The notes beneath the pieces are model-generated. The model was not told the DNA's origin. It was given only the letters and a program-made list of their open reading frames with translations, and made no database searches. A DNA stretch of 64,000 nt. It comes from Heterodontus francisci (lineage: Eukaryota). The translations under genes were made by a program, and so were the position numbers. Each line of letters opens with the position of its first letter. Position 1 is the first letter of the stretch. The stretch covers positions 76,197,300 through 76,261,299 of the forward strand of contig NC_090387.1 of NCBI RefSeq assembly GCF_036365525.1, read 5' to 3'. Shown piece after piece: positions 1 through 11,592 of this stretch.

Positions 1-121
1 GATAGTAAGTCGGCAGCCCATTTTACATCTCCCCCCATTTTTATTCCCATTGACCTGTACACCCATTGAAATAAAACTCGGGAGAGATGTAAAAAGTGAT
101 GCCAACACACTGTCACCTATT

Positions 122-411
122 TTACATTATCTCACAAAGTAGAAATCTACCCCATCTTACATTGAAACTCATAACCTGCAGAGAAAACAATTTCCTTGGA
201 GACAAAGGAATCTTCCGCACAGTATGTCATATTCTGTCAGCTGTTTCCTGCATGACCTGCTAAAGAAGGGCAACATTCAATACTGACTGTTGTTTGAATT
301 ATTGATTACGTTGATAAATTGCTACTGGCCCCCACTCCCACCAGTCTTACCCGTCCTCTTCCTTCAATACGCGCAGTACACTCTCCGAGTAGATAACTTT
401 CAAGTGCAAGT
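122..411 (-). pseudogene. Candidate gene B cytoplasmic exons (351-411 and 122-175)
   Basis: A 61-nt AG/GTAAGA exon and a terminal exon after TTTTCTCTGCAG are phase-compatible with the TM exon, giving a short ITIM-less tail (RLALESYLLGECTARIEGRGR/VMSFNVRWGRFLLCEIM*); speculative. Confidence 0.3.
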
Positions 412-1274
412 CTAGACAGCAATGCGTATAAATTCCTCCTGGGCGGTAGTGCAAAACTGACGATAGCGAATTAATTTTGAATTCTGCCTGATTCGCTTTC
501 CCACACTGAAAATAGCACATCGGACAGAGCGTAAAACGCGCCGCCGATTCACGATGGCTCGTATCATGCTGCTGTCCCTATGTCCGGAGGATTTTGGACT
601 CAAGGGAGGGAGACATCACAGCCAAAGACTAAACTAAACTCCACACATGAAGTCTTTCCGAAGGAATCACTGATAACGATCGGGAGTTTGACCTGGCTGA
701 TTCCACCCTTCCGAGTCAAGAACTACGGAACAGGAATCTACTGCCCCACCTGCAAAATCAGCTCATTCAGCAAATCCTAGGATGGAATCTGAGAATTTCT
801 TACTCTGTACATACAGCCTTTGACAACAAGACCATTGGTTATTGGCTATGTTTAACCAGAAACAGATTGGGAAATGTATTTGTTTCAACCCTTAACGAGT
901 TTATCAGGTTATTCCCTGTCTAATAACAGCAGGATCATCAGCGCAATTCATTTTGTTGGTAAGCATGGATAAATCAGACTCCAATCCAACTTATAGGTGA
1001 TCAATAAACAAACATCTGGTAAATTGATTCTATTGATCTTTGCGGACACATTTTCTGGGCACCATGGCCTAAACGTAAAATCTGGTTCTGAATATTTTAC
1101 TGAATTGCTCAATGTGCATTGAAAGCTGAAGAGTCCGGATAACACACAGTGCGGAGGGAGGTATCTGCTCTGGCTTGGTGCAGCCAAATCGCGAACATTA
1201 TTTAACAAAAATGCATTTAGAATACCCCCAAACAAGCATCAGAAAAATTCTTCCTCATTTGAAGCAGCTTGAGT

Positions 1275-1800
1275 GCCAGCCGTGGCTCAGTTGGCCGTAC
1301 TTTGTTTCTATGATACAAGATTGTGGGTTCGCATCACACTCTGGGACTGGAGTGCACAAATCTAGACTGACATTCCATGCAATACTGAGGGCTGCTGCAC
1401 TATCTGAGGTGCCGTCTTTCGGATGAGACATTAAATCGAGGCCCTTCTTCTCCCTAAGGTGGCTGTAACAGATCCCATGGCACTATCTTGAAGAAGAGCA
1501 GGGGGTTTATCCCTTGGTGTCCTGCCCCATATCCATCCCACAAAACAGATTGCCTGACCATTATCACATTGCTGTTTGTGGGATCTTACTCCGCTCAAAT
1601 TGGATCCAGCCTTTCCCGCATTAGGAAAGTGACTAGACTTTAGATGCACCTCTGGAATTAAAACAAGAAATGCCTTTCTTGTTTTTATTTCAGATTTCCA
1701 GCATCCGCAGTATTTTGCTTTTACTTTAGATGTACCTCATTGGCTGTAAACGCTTTAGGAAGTCCCGTGGTCGTGAGAGGCGCTATATAAATATGCAATA
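1275..1800 (+). mobile_element. Deu-domain tRNA-derived SINE (SacSINE1-like)
   Basis: GTGGCTCAGTTGG head, TTGCTGTTTGTGGGATCTT core, GGCGCTATATAAAT tail; related copies at ~17995-18430, 21350-21620 (-), 40770-40960 (-), 45400-45790, 46220-46435, 47150-47500 (-). Confidence 0.7.
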
Positions 1801-2208
1801 ATTGGCCCGATAACCAGGCGGTTGGATATTTACTCTCGTTTAATAACTGGGGGAAATTACCTCTGGTTGCTATTTCTAGTGAAATCTTAAATAGCTTCTT
1901 TTAAAACACTGCAACTATTTTCCTAGAACATGGAAATCCTCCAAATATCGTCGCAACGTTGCTAACTCACAGTGACCAGATGAGATCAGTGTCCTTTGTG
2001 AGCAGATATAAATGACAGAACTTTAGACCAGCTATTGTTCCGAGATAATATGCGATTGCTTTCAATGTCTAAATTGTGGACAAATGTCCACCTTCAAAGA
2101 ACATTCATTTTCATCTCCTCTCGGTTAACACGACGTTATTTGCTGATTAACAATAACGATTTGATCTGTAAAGCGGCGATGCACTCTGGTAACAATCGTA
2201 TTTCTTAC

Positions 2209-2323
2209 CTTTGACAGTACCTCCGCTTAAAATAATTTCCAACGATAACTATCAGCACCATTATGATCAATATGCCCACTAACTGCCGAGACACCAAAAA
2301 GGGAGTAGCGACGATAGCAGCAC
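2209..2323 (-). pseudogene. Gene B transmembrane exon with Arg at the TM start
   Basis: Acceptor CTCTGTTTGTAG, donor GTAAGA, 115 nt; AAIVATPFLVSRQLVGILIIMVLIVIVGNYFKRRYCQ. Confidence 0.8.
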
Positions 2324-2634
2324 CTACAAACAGAGAATAACGGAGATTTAAGAGCGACGGGCGTTGATGTCAATTAACTAGTAAGAAAACCTAGGGATAC
2401 ACGGGATCAATACTAATCGTGTAAAGGCCATTTAATATAGATACAGATTATGTTTTAAAAAATATATTCAAATAAAATGTCAACAAATGAAACAATTCAC
2501 AATCTGACCAATAAATCCTCTATGCAATAAACGAATGCATTAACATCAAATGCTAACCCGTGTTCACAAACGTGTGCTTGTATTAAGAAAAACGATAAAC
2601 GAGCGAACGTTTCTGAAAAATGAATTGACCATAC

Positions 2635-2934
2635 CTTCAAAGTTGTAATTGACATTGTTTGGAGTCTGAAGAGAGACATGAGACACTTGGCAGCTGTCAG
2701 TAGCTCCACTGTGGGATGGCGCCGTATCATTTAAAGTGCTGGATATCTCATACAGTCCCACTTTGGTTTGCTGTTTAGTAGTATTGATCCCGGTTCCAAT
2801 TTTTGTGTTATTCTTATACCAAGTCACATTGAGATCTTTCGGGTAAAATTTAGCTGTTTTACACAGGAGAATCGGAGAAGAGGATGGACGGAATTCAGAC
2901 TCAACTAAGTCGATCCTCAGAGGAGTGGGCGGAA
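2635..2934 (-). pseudogene. Gene B C1-set exon (frame open)
   Basis: 300 nt, phase 1-1; PPTPLRI...LLCKTAKFYPKDLNVTWYK...GLYEISS...DSCQVSHVSL, clearly paralogous to gene A exon 3; the conserved Tyr of YxC is replaced by Asp. Confidence 0.9.
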
Positions 2935-3109
2935 CTTGGGAGGAAAAGAAAATTACTTTATGTTTGAAATATTAATTAATATTTTATTTCTGTAGTCTAT
3001 AATTTAGAACACGAGTTAGGGACGGGTCCCTTTAACATTGTGTTCCGTTGGAACATTTCTAATTTCTTCCTTTGTAAATATTATTAAACATGAAGCTGGA
3101 AATTACATG

Positions 3110-3992
3110 TGTTATGATCCTGTAGTTTTTTCTTTTTCGGAAAGTATGAGATGTGCCTTTAAGGCTGTAACAGAATCAGTACTGCTTTAAGGCAGCGAGC
3201 CCCAGATACCTAGTCAAAGGATGCATTTTCTTTGCCATTGGATAAAACCAGCTTCAAATATGGATTCTCATTGCAGCCACTCAGGACCATTGTTGCTGAT
3301 TGACATTTGAAACTAGCTGAAAAACTGGTTTTTGATACACACACAGACAGCTGGGCCAACACATACTGAAGCAAATAGAGCTCTCTCTCAGTTTATTTAA
3401 ACCCTATTTATTATAGTCTCAGAATTCTGATGTCAAGCCAGAATAATTTCTTAAAAGAAAGTAACCAAATTTCTTTAACTACTGACTGTCATTGCTGAAA
3501 TTCATCGCTGGATAAGAAGCACATCAACTGAACTGCTGAATTAGATTACGGACTGTTCTACTGTTGAAGAACCTTTCCACCCACCGCCACCCTCCCCCCC
3601 CCCACCCCCCATCGGATGGTTGTGAGGACTTCAAGCAACCTTGGACTCTTCCACATTGGAAGATTTCACCAGCAGGAGCGTAAATATGCAAGGACACTAA
3701 TCCTTTTTTTTCTGTTTTAAATGTTATTTATATCTTAGTAGTGTTTAAGGATTTAGCTTTTCTAATTAAACAGTTAATTTGTTGATCTAAAGACACCTGG
3801 TTTGGTTAGCCTCAGTCGGGGGTTAATAGATGGCACAATTTGGCTTGGTCTTTCTTTAATTTAGAAATGTTAAATATGATATGTTAGGCGATCTGTGGAG
3901 GGACGGGACTGAATCAACAGTGCATTTCTCCAACCACAATCAGAATAGTATATTTTGATAGGGGACTTTAACTTGAGTGGTCGGTCGTAACG
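3110..3992 (+). mobile_element. Solo LTR of the Gmr1-like Gypsy family in gene B intron
   Basis: Starts TGTTATGATCCTGTAG, ends GTCGTAACG; homologous to the LTRs at 10048-12046, 15774-16740, 50968 and 55103; flanks CATG/CACA fit a CpG-decayed CACG TSD. Confidence 0.85.
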
Positions 3993-4203
3993 CACAGAAT
4001 CCGTAATGAAGAAAGGATAGTGTAGTGTTTGGTAGAATCATAGAGCCATCGAGCGTAGAAGGAGGCCATTGGTCCATCATGCCTTTTTTTTGGCTCTTTG
4101 AAAGAGCTATGCAGTTAGTCCCACTCCCCTACTCTTTCACCTTAGCCCTGTAAAATTTCCTTTCCAAGTACATATCCAGATTCTGGCAAGATTCTATGAG
4201 ATT

Positions 4204-4676
4204 GGACTCCTGGGTAGGTATTTTCCTTAAAGGTGCGGAGCTCCGTGGACTCGGCCTCATTTCCCGGCGGAGCAGCAGGAGAAGGTAGCGACTCTTCGTT
4301 GGGTGAGTGAAGGCATCAGGAGCTGTGTTTTCAAAGTAAGTACTTACTGTTTTACTTACTGTTTTCCTTGTCTTTGAGTTTCTTTTGGCGCCGGAGGAAC
4401 CGGAAGCTGGTCGGCAGCGAGGACTCCTGGGTAGGTATTTTCCTTAAAGGTGCGGAGCTCCGTGGACTCGGCCTCATTTCCCGGCGGAGCAGCAGGAGAA
4501 GGTAGCGACTCTTCGTTGGGTGAGTGAAGGCATCAGGAGCTGTGTTTTCAAAGTAAGTACTTACTGTTTTACTTACTGTTTTCCTTGTCTTTGAGTTTCT
4601 TTTGGCGCCGGAGGAACCGGAAGCTGGTCGGCAGCGAGGACTCCTGGGTAGGTATTTTCCTTAAAGGTGCGGAGCT
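4204..4676 (+). repeat. 217-bp tandem repeat, 2 full copies plus a 39-bp partial
   Basis: GGACTCCTGGGTAGG recurs at 4204, 4421 and 4638; the units appear identical. Confidence 0.95.
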
Positions 4677-6929
4677 GAGTGATCACAATTCTGTAGCATT
4701 CACTGTGGTAATGGAGAGGGATAGGTATGTGCAACAGGGCAAGGTTTACAATTGGGGGAAGGGTAGATATGATGCTGTCAGGCAGGAACTGAGGAGCATA
4801 AGTTGGGAGCATATGCTGGCAGGGAAGGGCACGGTCGAAATGTGGAACTTTTTCAAGGAGCAGATAGTAGGGGCCATTGATAAGCATGTCCCTGTCAGAC
4901 AGGGAAGGGATGGTCATGTGAGGGAACCGTGGTTGACAAGAGAGGTTGAGAGTCTTGTTAGGAAGAAGAAGGATGCGTATATAAAGTTGAGGAAAAAGGG
5001 CACAGGCATAGCTCTGGAGGGATACAAGATGGCCAGGAAGGATCTGAAGAAAGGGATTAGGAGAGCTAAGAGAGGGCATGAAAAATGCTTGGCGGGTAGG
5101 CTAAAAGAAAACCCCAAGGCCTTTTACGCGTATGTCAGAAATATGAGGATGACTAGGGGGACCATAGGTCCGGTCAAGGACAATAGCGGGAGACTGTGTG
5201 TTGAGCCGGAAGAGATAAGTGAGGTTTTGAATGAGTACTTCTCTTCGGTATTTACGAATGAGAAGGGGTGTATTACTGAAGAGGACGGTGGGAAGCAGAC
5301 TGGTAAGCTCGAGGAAGTGCTCGTTAGGAGGGAAGATGTGTTGGGGTTTTTGAATAACTTGAAGATAGACAAGTCTCCCGGGCCTGACGGGGTATATCCA
5401 AGGATGTTATGGGAAGCAAGGGATGAAATTGCAGAGCCGCTGGCAATGATCTTTTCATCTTCTCTGCTGACGGGGGTGGTACCAGGTGATTGGAGGGTGG
5501 CAAATGTTGTGCCCCTGTTCAAGAAAGGGAATAGGAACAACCCTGGGAATTACAGGCCAGTTAGTCTTACTTCGGTGGTAGGCAAGTTGATGGAAAAGGT
5601 GCTGAGGGATAGGATTTCTGAGCATCTGGAAAGACACTGCTTGATTCGGGACAGTCAGCACGGTTTTGTGAGGGGTAGGTCTTGCCTCACAAGCCTGATT
5701 GAATTCTTTGAGCAGGTGACCAAGCAAGTGGATGAGGGTAAACCAGTGGATGTGGTGTACATGGATTTTAGTAAGGCATTTGATAAGGTCCCCCATGGTA
5801 GACTTATGGAGAAAGTCAGGAGGCATGGGATAGTGGGGAATGTGGCCAGTTGGATTAAGAATTGGCTAACTGATAGAAGGCAGAGAGTGGTCTTAGATGG
5901 TAAATACTCAGCCTGGAGCCCAGTTACCAGTGGCGTGCCGCAGGGATCAGTTCTGGGTCCTCTCCTGTTTGTGATTTTTATTAACGACTTGGATGAGGAA
6001 GTCGAAGGGTGGGTCAGTAAATTTGCAGATGATACAAAGGTTGGTGGAGTTGTGGATACCGAGGAGGGCTATTGTCGTCTGCAAAGGGACTTGGATAGGT
6101 TGCAGTGCTGGGCTGAAAAGTGGCAGATGGAGTTTAACCCTGAAAAGTGTGAGGTCGTCCATTTTGGAAGGACAAACATGAATGCAAAATACTGGGTTAA
6201 CGGTAGGGTTCTTGGGCATGTGGAGGAGCAGAGAGACCTTGGGGTCTATGTGCATAGATCATTGAAAGTTGCAACTCAAGTGGATAGGGCTGTGAAGAAG
6301 GCATATGGGGTGTTAGCGTTCATTAGCAGAGGGATTGAATTTAAGAGCCGTGAGGTGATGATGCAGCTGTACAGGACCTTGGTAAGGCCTCATTTGGAGT
6401 ACTGTGTGCAGTTCTGGTCGCCTCATTTTAGGAAGGATGTGGAAGCCTTGGAGAGGGTGCAGAGGAGATTTACCAGGATGTTGCCTGGAATGGAGAATAA
6501 GTCTTACGAGGAAAGGCTGAACATTCTAGGCCTCTTCTCATTAGAAAGGAGAAGGATGAGGGGTGACATGATAGAGGTTTATAAGATGATCAGGGGAATA
6601 GATAGGGTAGACAGTCAGAAACTTTTTCCCCGGGTGGAGCAAAGCGTTACAAGGGGTCATAAATTTAAGGTGAAGGGTGGGAGATATAAGGGGGATGTCA
6701 GGGGAAGGTTCTTTACCCAGAGAGTGGTCGAGGCATGGAATGCCTTGCCCGGGGAAGTTGTTGAGTCAGAAACTTTAGGGACTTTCAAAAGGCTTTTGGA
6801 TAGGTATATGGATAAAGGAGAATGATGGGGTATAGATTAAATTGTCCTTGACAGAGGACAAAGGATCGGCACAACATCGTGGGCCGAAGGGCCTGTTCTG
6901 TGCTGTATGTTCTATATGTTCTATGTTCT
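4207..6929 (+). mobile_element. Young CR1 (HER1-like) LINE: tandem 5' monomers plus intact RT part of ORF2, endonuclease absent
   Basis: Open frame 4585-6825 with KSPGPDG, NYRPVSL, DFSKAFD, GVPQGSVLGP and KFADD motifs; 3' tail GGGCCGAAGGGCCTGT...(TATGTTC)n; ATTGGA on both sides (4201-4206, 6930-6935). Confidence 0.95.
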
Positions 6930-6935
6930 ATTGGA

Positions 6936-8362
6936 AAATAGCATATGTAACTCCTTTATTCAATAAGGGAGGGAGACAGAAAGCAGAACACTACAGGCCA
7001 GTTATCTTAACGTCTGTCTTAGGGAAAATGTTAGAAGCTGTTATTAAAGACGTTATAGCAGGGCACTTCGAAAAATTCAAAGTAATAAGGCAGAGTCAAC
7101 ATGGTTTTGTGAATGGGAAATCATGTTTACCCAATTCATTGGAGCTCTTTGAAGAAGTAACATGTGCTGCGGATAAAGGGGAACCGATGGATGCACTCTG
7201 CTTGGATTTCCAGAAGGCATTTGATAAGGTGCCACATCAAAGGTTATTGCGGAAAATGAAAGCTGATGGTCTAGGGGGTAACATATTGGCATGGATAGAA
7301 GATTGGCTAGCTAACAGGAAACAGAGAGTAAGCATAAATGGGGCATTTTCTGGTTGGCAAGATGTAATGAGTGGTCTGCCACAGAGACCAATGCTGGGGC
7401 CTCAAATTTTGCAAGTTATATAAATGACTTGGATGAAGGGACTAAAGGTATGGTTGCTATATTTACTGATGTCACAAAGATAGGTAAGAAAGTAAAAAGT
7501 GAAGAGGACATAAGGTGGCTACAAACGGACATAGATAGGTTAAATGAGTGGACAAAGATCTGGCAAATATCGTATAATGTAGGAAAATGTGAAATTGCCC
7601 ATTTTGGCAGGAAGAATAGAAGAGAATCATATCATCTAAATTGCCGAGCTCTGAGATGCCGAAGGATCTGGATGTGCTAGTGCATGAATTTTCAAAAGGT
7701 TAGTATGCAAGTTCAGCAAGTAATTAGGAGAGCTAATAGAATGTTATTGATAATTGTGAAAGAATTGAATACAAATGTAAGGTGGTTATGCTTCGGTTAT
7801 ACAGGGCATTGGTGAGACCACATCTGGAGTACTGTGTACAGTATTGGCCTCCTTATTTAAGAAAGGATTTAAATATGTTGGAAGCAGTTCAGAGAAGGTT
7901 TAATTAGATGAATACCTGGAATGGGCGGGTTGTCTTATGAGGAAAGGTTGGACAGGCTAGGCTTGTATCCGCTGGAGTTTAGAAGAGTAAGAGGTGACTT
8001 GATTGAAACTCAGAATAAGATGCTGAGGGGTCTTGACAGGGTCCATGTGGAAAGGATGTTTCCCCTTGTGGGAGAATATAGAAAATAAATTAGGGCTCAC
8101 CCATTTAAGACAGAGATGAGGAGTTTTTTTTCTCTGAGGGTCAGGAACTCTCTTCCTCAAAAGGCAGTGGAAGCAGAGTCTTTAAATATTTTTTATCGTA
8201 GAGGTACATGGATTCTTGATAAGCAAGGGGGTGAAAGGTTATCGGGGGTGTGGAGTCGAGGTTACAATAGGATCAGCCATTATCTTTTTGAAAAGCGGAG
8301 CAGGCTCGAGGGGCCTAGTGGCCTACACCTGCTCCTAATTTGTATGTTCGCATGTATGTTCG
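6936..8362 (+). mobile_element. Older degenerate CR1 3' portion, interrupted by the young CR1
   Basis: RT remnants (DFQKAFDKVPH) with frameshifts; continues from 4175-4206 (DSGKIL*DWKIA) across the insertion; TATGTTCG tail. Confidence 0.88.
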
Positions 8363-9530
8363 TCGATCCAATTTCCCCTTGAAAATTACTATTGAATCTG
8401 CTTATTTCCAGTTAGTAGGTTCCAGATCACAGCAGCCTGCCGTGCAAAATAATTTCTCCTCCCCTCCCCTCTTGTTCTTTTGCCAATTATCTTAAATCTG
8501 GTGCCTCTGGTTACCAAATCATAGCTATCTGGTTATGTGACTTCACAGAACAGGAATCCAGTTGGCTCAGTGTGTGATGAAAGAGCAATCCAATTAGTCT
8601 CATTCACATATTTGTGCTCCCTTCAGCCCTTTAGGTATTCCTGTCAGAAGTTAAGCTTCTTATTTCTGTTCTAATATATTCCATTCGTTTCCAAACATCA
8701 TCTCCCGATGGTTCGCTGTAACCTCGAAGAAAAACGAAATTCCTGAGGGTTTTCAGAGAATCCCCCATGTAAGTTGTGAGGAACATGTGGCTGTTTTGCG
8801 CAGGGTCATGGTAAATATATTCACAAATGTTTCTTGTAGTTTTGTTTCTAGTGAAATCACAAAGTTGTTTCAAAACACTTACCATCTCGAGAATAAAATT
8901 TCATGCTTATTTTAGCAAAGTTGTAGTGACCAGTCCAACGTTCTTCCATAGTCGGAATTCCCCATTTTCTATTTCCGGTAAAATTGTAGGAGTTTTCTAA
9001 AGAGTTTTCGGCACAGACTCGGTGGGCCGAAGGGCCTGTTTCAGTGCTGTATCTCTAAACTAAACAAAAGTAAATATTTGGCCAGCGATAAGAGAAAATA
9101 TTCCATCGAGAAACCAGCCCATAATTAGCAAATATTGGGCCAGGTTTTGACTTTGTGCGACAATGGAAACCGAGCTAGAGTCAGTCGGCAGTCCCTCTTA
9201 CATATCCTTTATTTTTATTCCCATTGAAGTTGGAACCACCAACTTGCTATCAATTGTCCTACATTATCTACACATCGCCACTGAAGGGGGAAGGTTTCCT
9301 CCCTTGCACTATGCAAGGGAATTGTAATTAAAAAAAAACTGATTACATTGCACAAAACATACGCAGAAAAGCTTCCCCTTAAACTGACAATCTTAGCTCT
9401 CGAGTGGCTTGATTCTGACACTGGATACAAAAACCTGGGCCGGTGTCTCACTCCCGCACGTTTCTTTTCGGTATTTTGCGAAATATCTATTGCACAACTG
9501 ACACTTGTAACATCAGCACCGGCAATTTAC

Positions 9531-9850
9531 CAGCCACAAAGAGCTCTGAGCCGGTTCCATTCCCAAACATTACTCCCCGACAGTACACGGAGCAGTAATA
9601 GCGGCCAGAATCTTTGAAGCTGACATTCCAGAGATGGATGGCGGCTCCTCCTTTTTTTTAACAGAAGTTTATACTGTCCCTTGCTCGCTTTTCCGTCGTC
9701 CAAGAATTCGGCTTCACCATGTCGCCACCGCTGAACCTTTACATCTGATTCCTCTTGAAAGATGGGGAATGTGCAGTAGAAGGTGATGTTTTGCTCCTCT
9801 GAGCGCAACTTTGAGTGGAGGGATGTGGCCGACTGTGGATTCCCCAACAA
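9531..9850 (-). pseudogene. Gene B V-set exon (VJ-like), doubly frameshifted
   Basis: AG/GT-bounded 320 nt (318+2); VGESTVGHIPPLKVAL / QNITFYCTFPIFQEESDVKVQRWR.../ GGAAIHLWNVSFKDSGRYYCSVYCRGVMFGNGTGSELFVA lie in three different frames; the spliced frame reaches TGA early. Confidence 0.88.
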
Positions 9851-9986
9851 CTATCAGAAAGCCAATGGAAACATAGCAATAAACATCTCATTGTACTTAT
9901 AAATAAAGATAGAAACAAGATTAAAAAGAATAATGAAATATAACAACGATAAACCGCGAATGGCGATAATTTCACAAATCACTCAC

Positions 9987-10043
9987 CACACATAGTTCTT
10001 ATCTCTATCTTGTAAATACCGATGTGTGTAATCCCCACCATCA
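9987..10043 (-). pseudogene. Gene B leader exon, 3' half
   Basis: TG ATG GTG GGG ATT ACA CAC ATC G...TGT G then GTGAGT phase-1 donor, 136 bp before the V acceptor; an alternative phase-1 donor GTATTT follows THI. Confidence 0.55.
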
Positions 10044-10570
10044 GTATTGTTACGACCGATCGCTCCAGTCAAAGCCCCCAATCAAAATATACGATACTGA
10101 TAGTGGTGGGAGAAATGCACTGTTAATTCAATCCCATCCCTCCACAGATCGCCTACCATATCATTTGAAGCTTTCCAAATTAAAGAAAGACCCAAATTGT
10201 CCCTTATATTAACCCCCAAATGCGGCTAACCAAACCAGCTATCTTTAAATCAACAAATTAATTGTTTAATTCGAGAAACGGAATTCCAAAACGCTACAAA
10301 GATATAAATAACATTTAAAACATATAAAAAAAGAGTCCTTGCAGATTTACGTTCCTGCCGGATGTGGAACAGAGCAAGGTTGTTGAAGTCCTCACAGCCG
10401 TCCGATGGGGAAATAAAGGTTCTTCAACAGTAGAACAGTCTGTAGTCTAATTCAGAAGTCGAAATAGTTGTTCCTTCGCCAGCGATGAATTTCAACAAGT
10501 AACAATTTGCAAACACCATTTTAATGAATCAATTTGGCTTTAGAATTTTTTTAATGGATAAAAGATTATC

Positions 10571-11592
10571 CAGTGGTGTTCCACAGGGATCCGTGCTGGG
10601 ACCACTGTTGTTTGTGATATACATTAATGATTTGGAGGAAAGTATAGGTGGACTGATTAGCAAGTTTGCAGACGACACTAAGATTGGTGGAGTAGCAGAT
10701 AGTGAAGGGGACTGTCAGAGAATACAGCAGAATATAGATAGATTGGAGAGTTGGGCAGAGAAATGGCAGATGGAGTTCAATCAGGGCAAATGCGAGGTGA
10801 TGCATTTTGGAAGATCCAATTCAAGAGTGAACTATACAGTAAATGGAAAAGTCCTGGGGAAAATTGATGTCCAGAGAGATTTGGGTGTTCAGGTCCACTG
10901 TTCCCTGAAGGTGGCAACGCAGGTAAATAGAGAGGTCAAGAAGGCATACGGCATGCTTTCCTTCATCGGACGGGGTATTGAGTACAAGAGTTGGCAGGTC
11001 ATGTTACAGTTGTATAGGACTTTGGTTCGGCCACATTTGGAATACTGCGTGCAGTTCTGGTCGCCACATTACCAAAAGGATGTGGATGCTTTGGAGAGGG
11101 TGCAGAGGAGGTTCACCAGGATGTTGCCTGGTATGGAGGGCGCTAGCTTTGAAGAGAGGTTGAGTATATTAGGATTATTTTCGTTAGAAAGACGGAGGTT
11201 GAGGGGGGACCTGATTGAGGTGTACAAAATCATGAGAGGTATAGACAGGGTGGATAGCAAGAGGCTTTTTCTCCAGAGTGGGGGATTCAATTACTAGAGG
11301 ACACGAGTTCAAAGTGAAAGGGGAAAAGTTTAGGGGGGATATGCATGGAAAGTTCTTTACGCAGAGGGTGTTGGGTGCCTGGAACGCGTTGCCAGCGGAG
11401 GTGGTAGATGCGGGCACGATGGCGTCTTTTAAGATGTATCTAGACAGATACATGAATGGGCAGGAAGAAAAGAGATACAGACCCTTAGAAAATAGGCGAC
11501 ATGTTTAGATAGAGGATTTGGATCGGCGCAGGCTTGGAGGGCCGAAGGGCCTGTTCCTGTGCTGTAATTTTCTTTGTTCTTTGTTCTTGTTC
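10571..11592 (+). mobile_element. 5'-truncated CR1 nested in the Gypsy LTR
   Basis: SGVPQGSVLGP...KFADD ORF; (TTGTTC)n tail; TATC duplicated at 10567-10570 and 11593-11596; absent from the other LTR. Confidence 0.92.

Noticed and set aside
580-780. Apparent conserved small protein, also at 55502-55702
   Set aside because: Similarity extends equally into the flanks as part of a duplicated non-coding block; no coding signature
4204-4676. CRISPR-like or satellite array
   Set aside because: Eukaryotic DNA; the units have no unique spacers and lie within the TSD-bounded LINE
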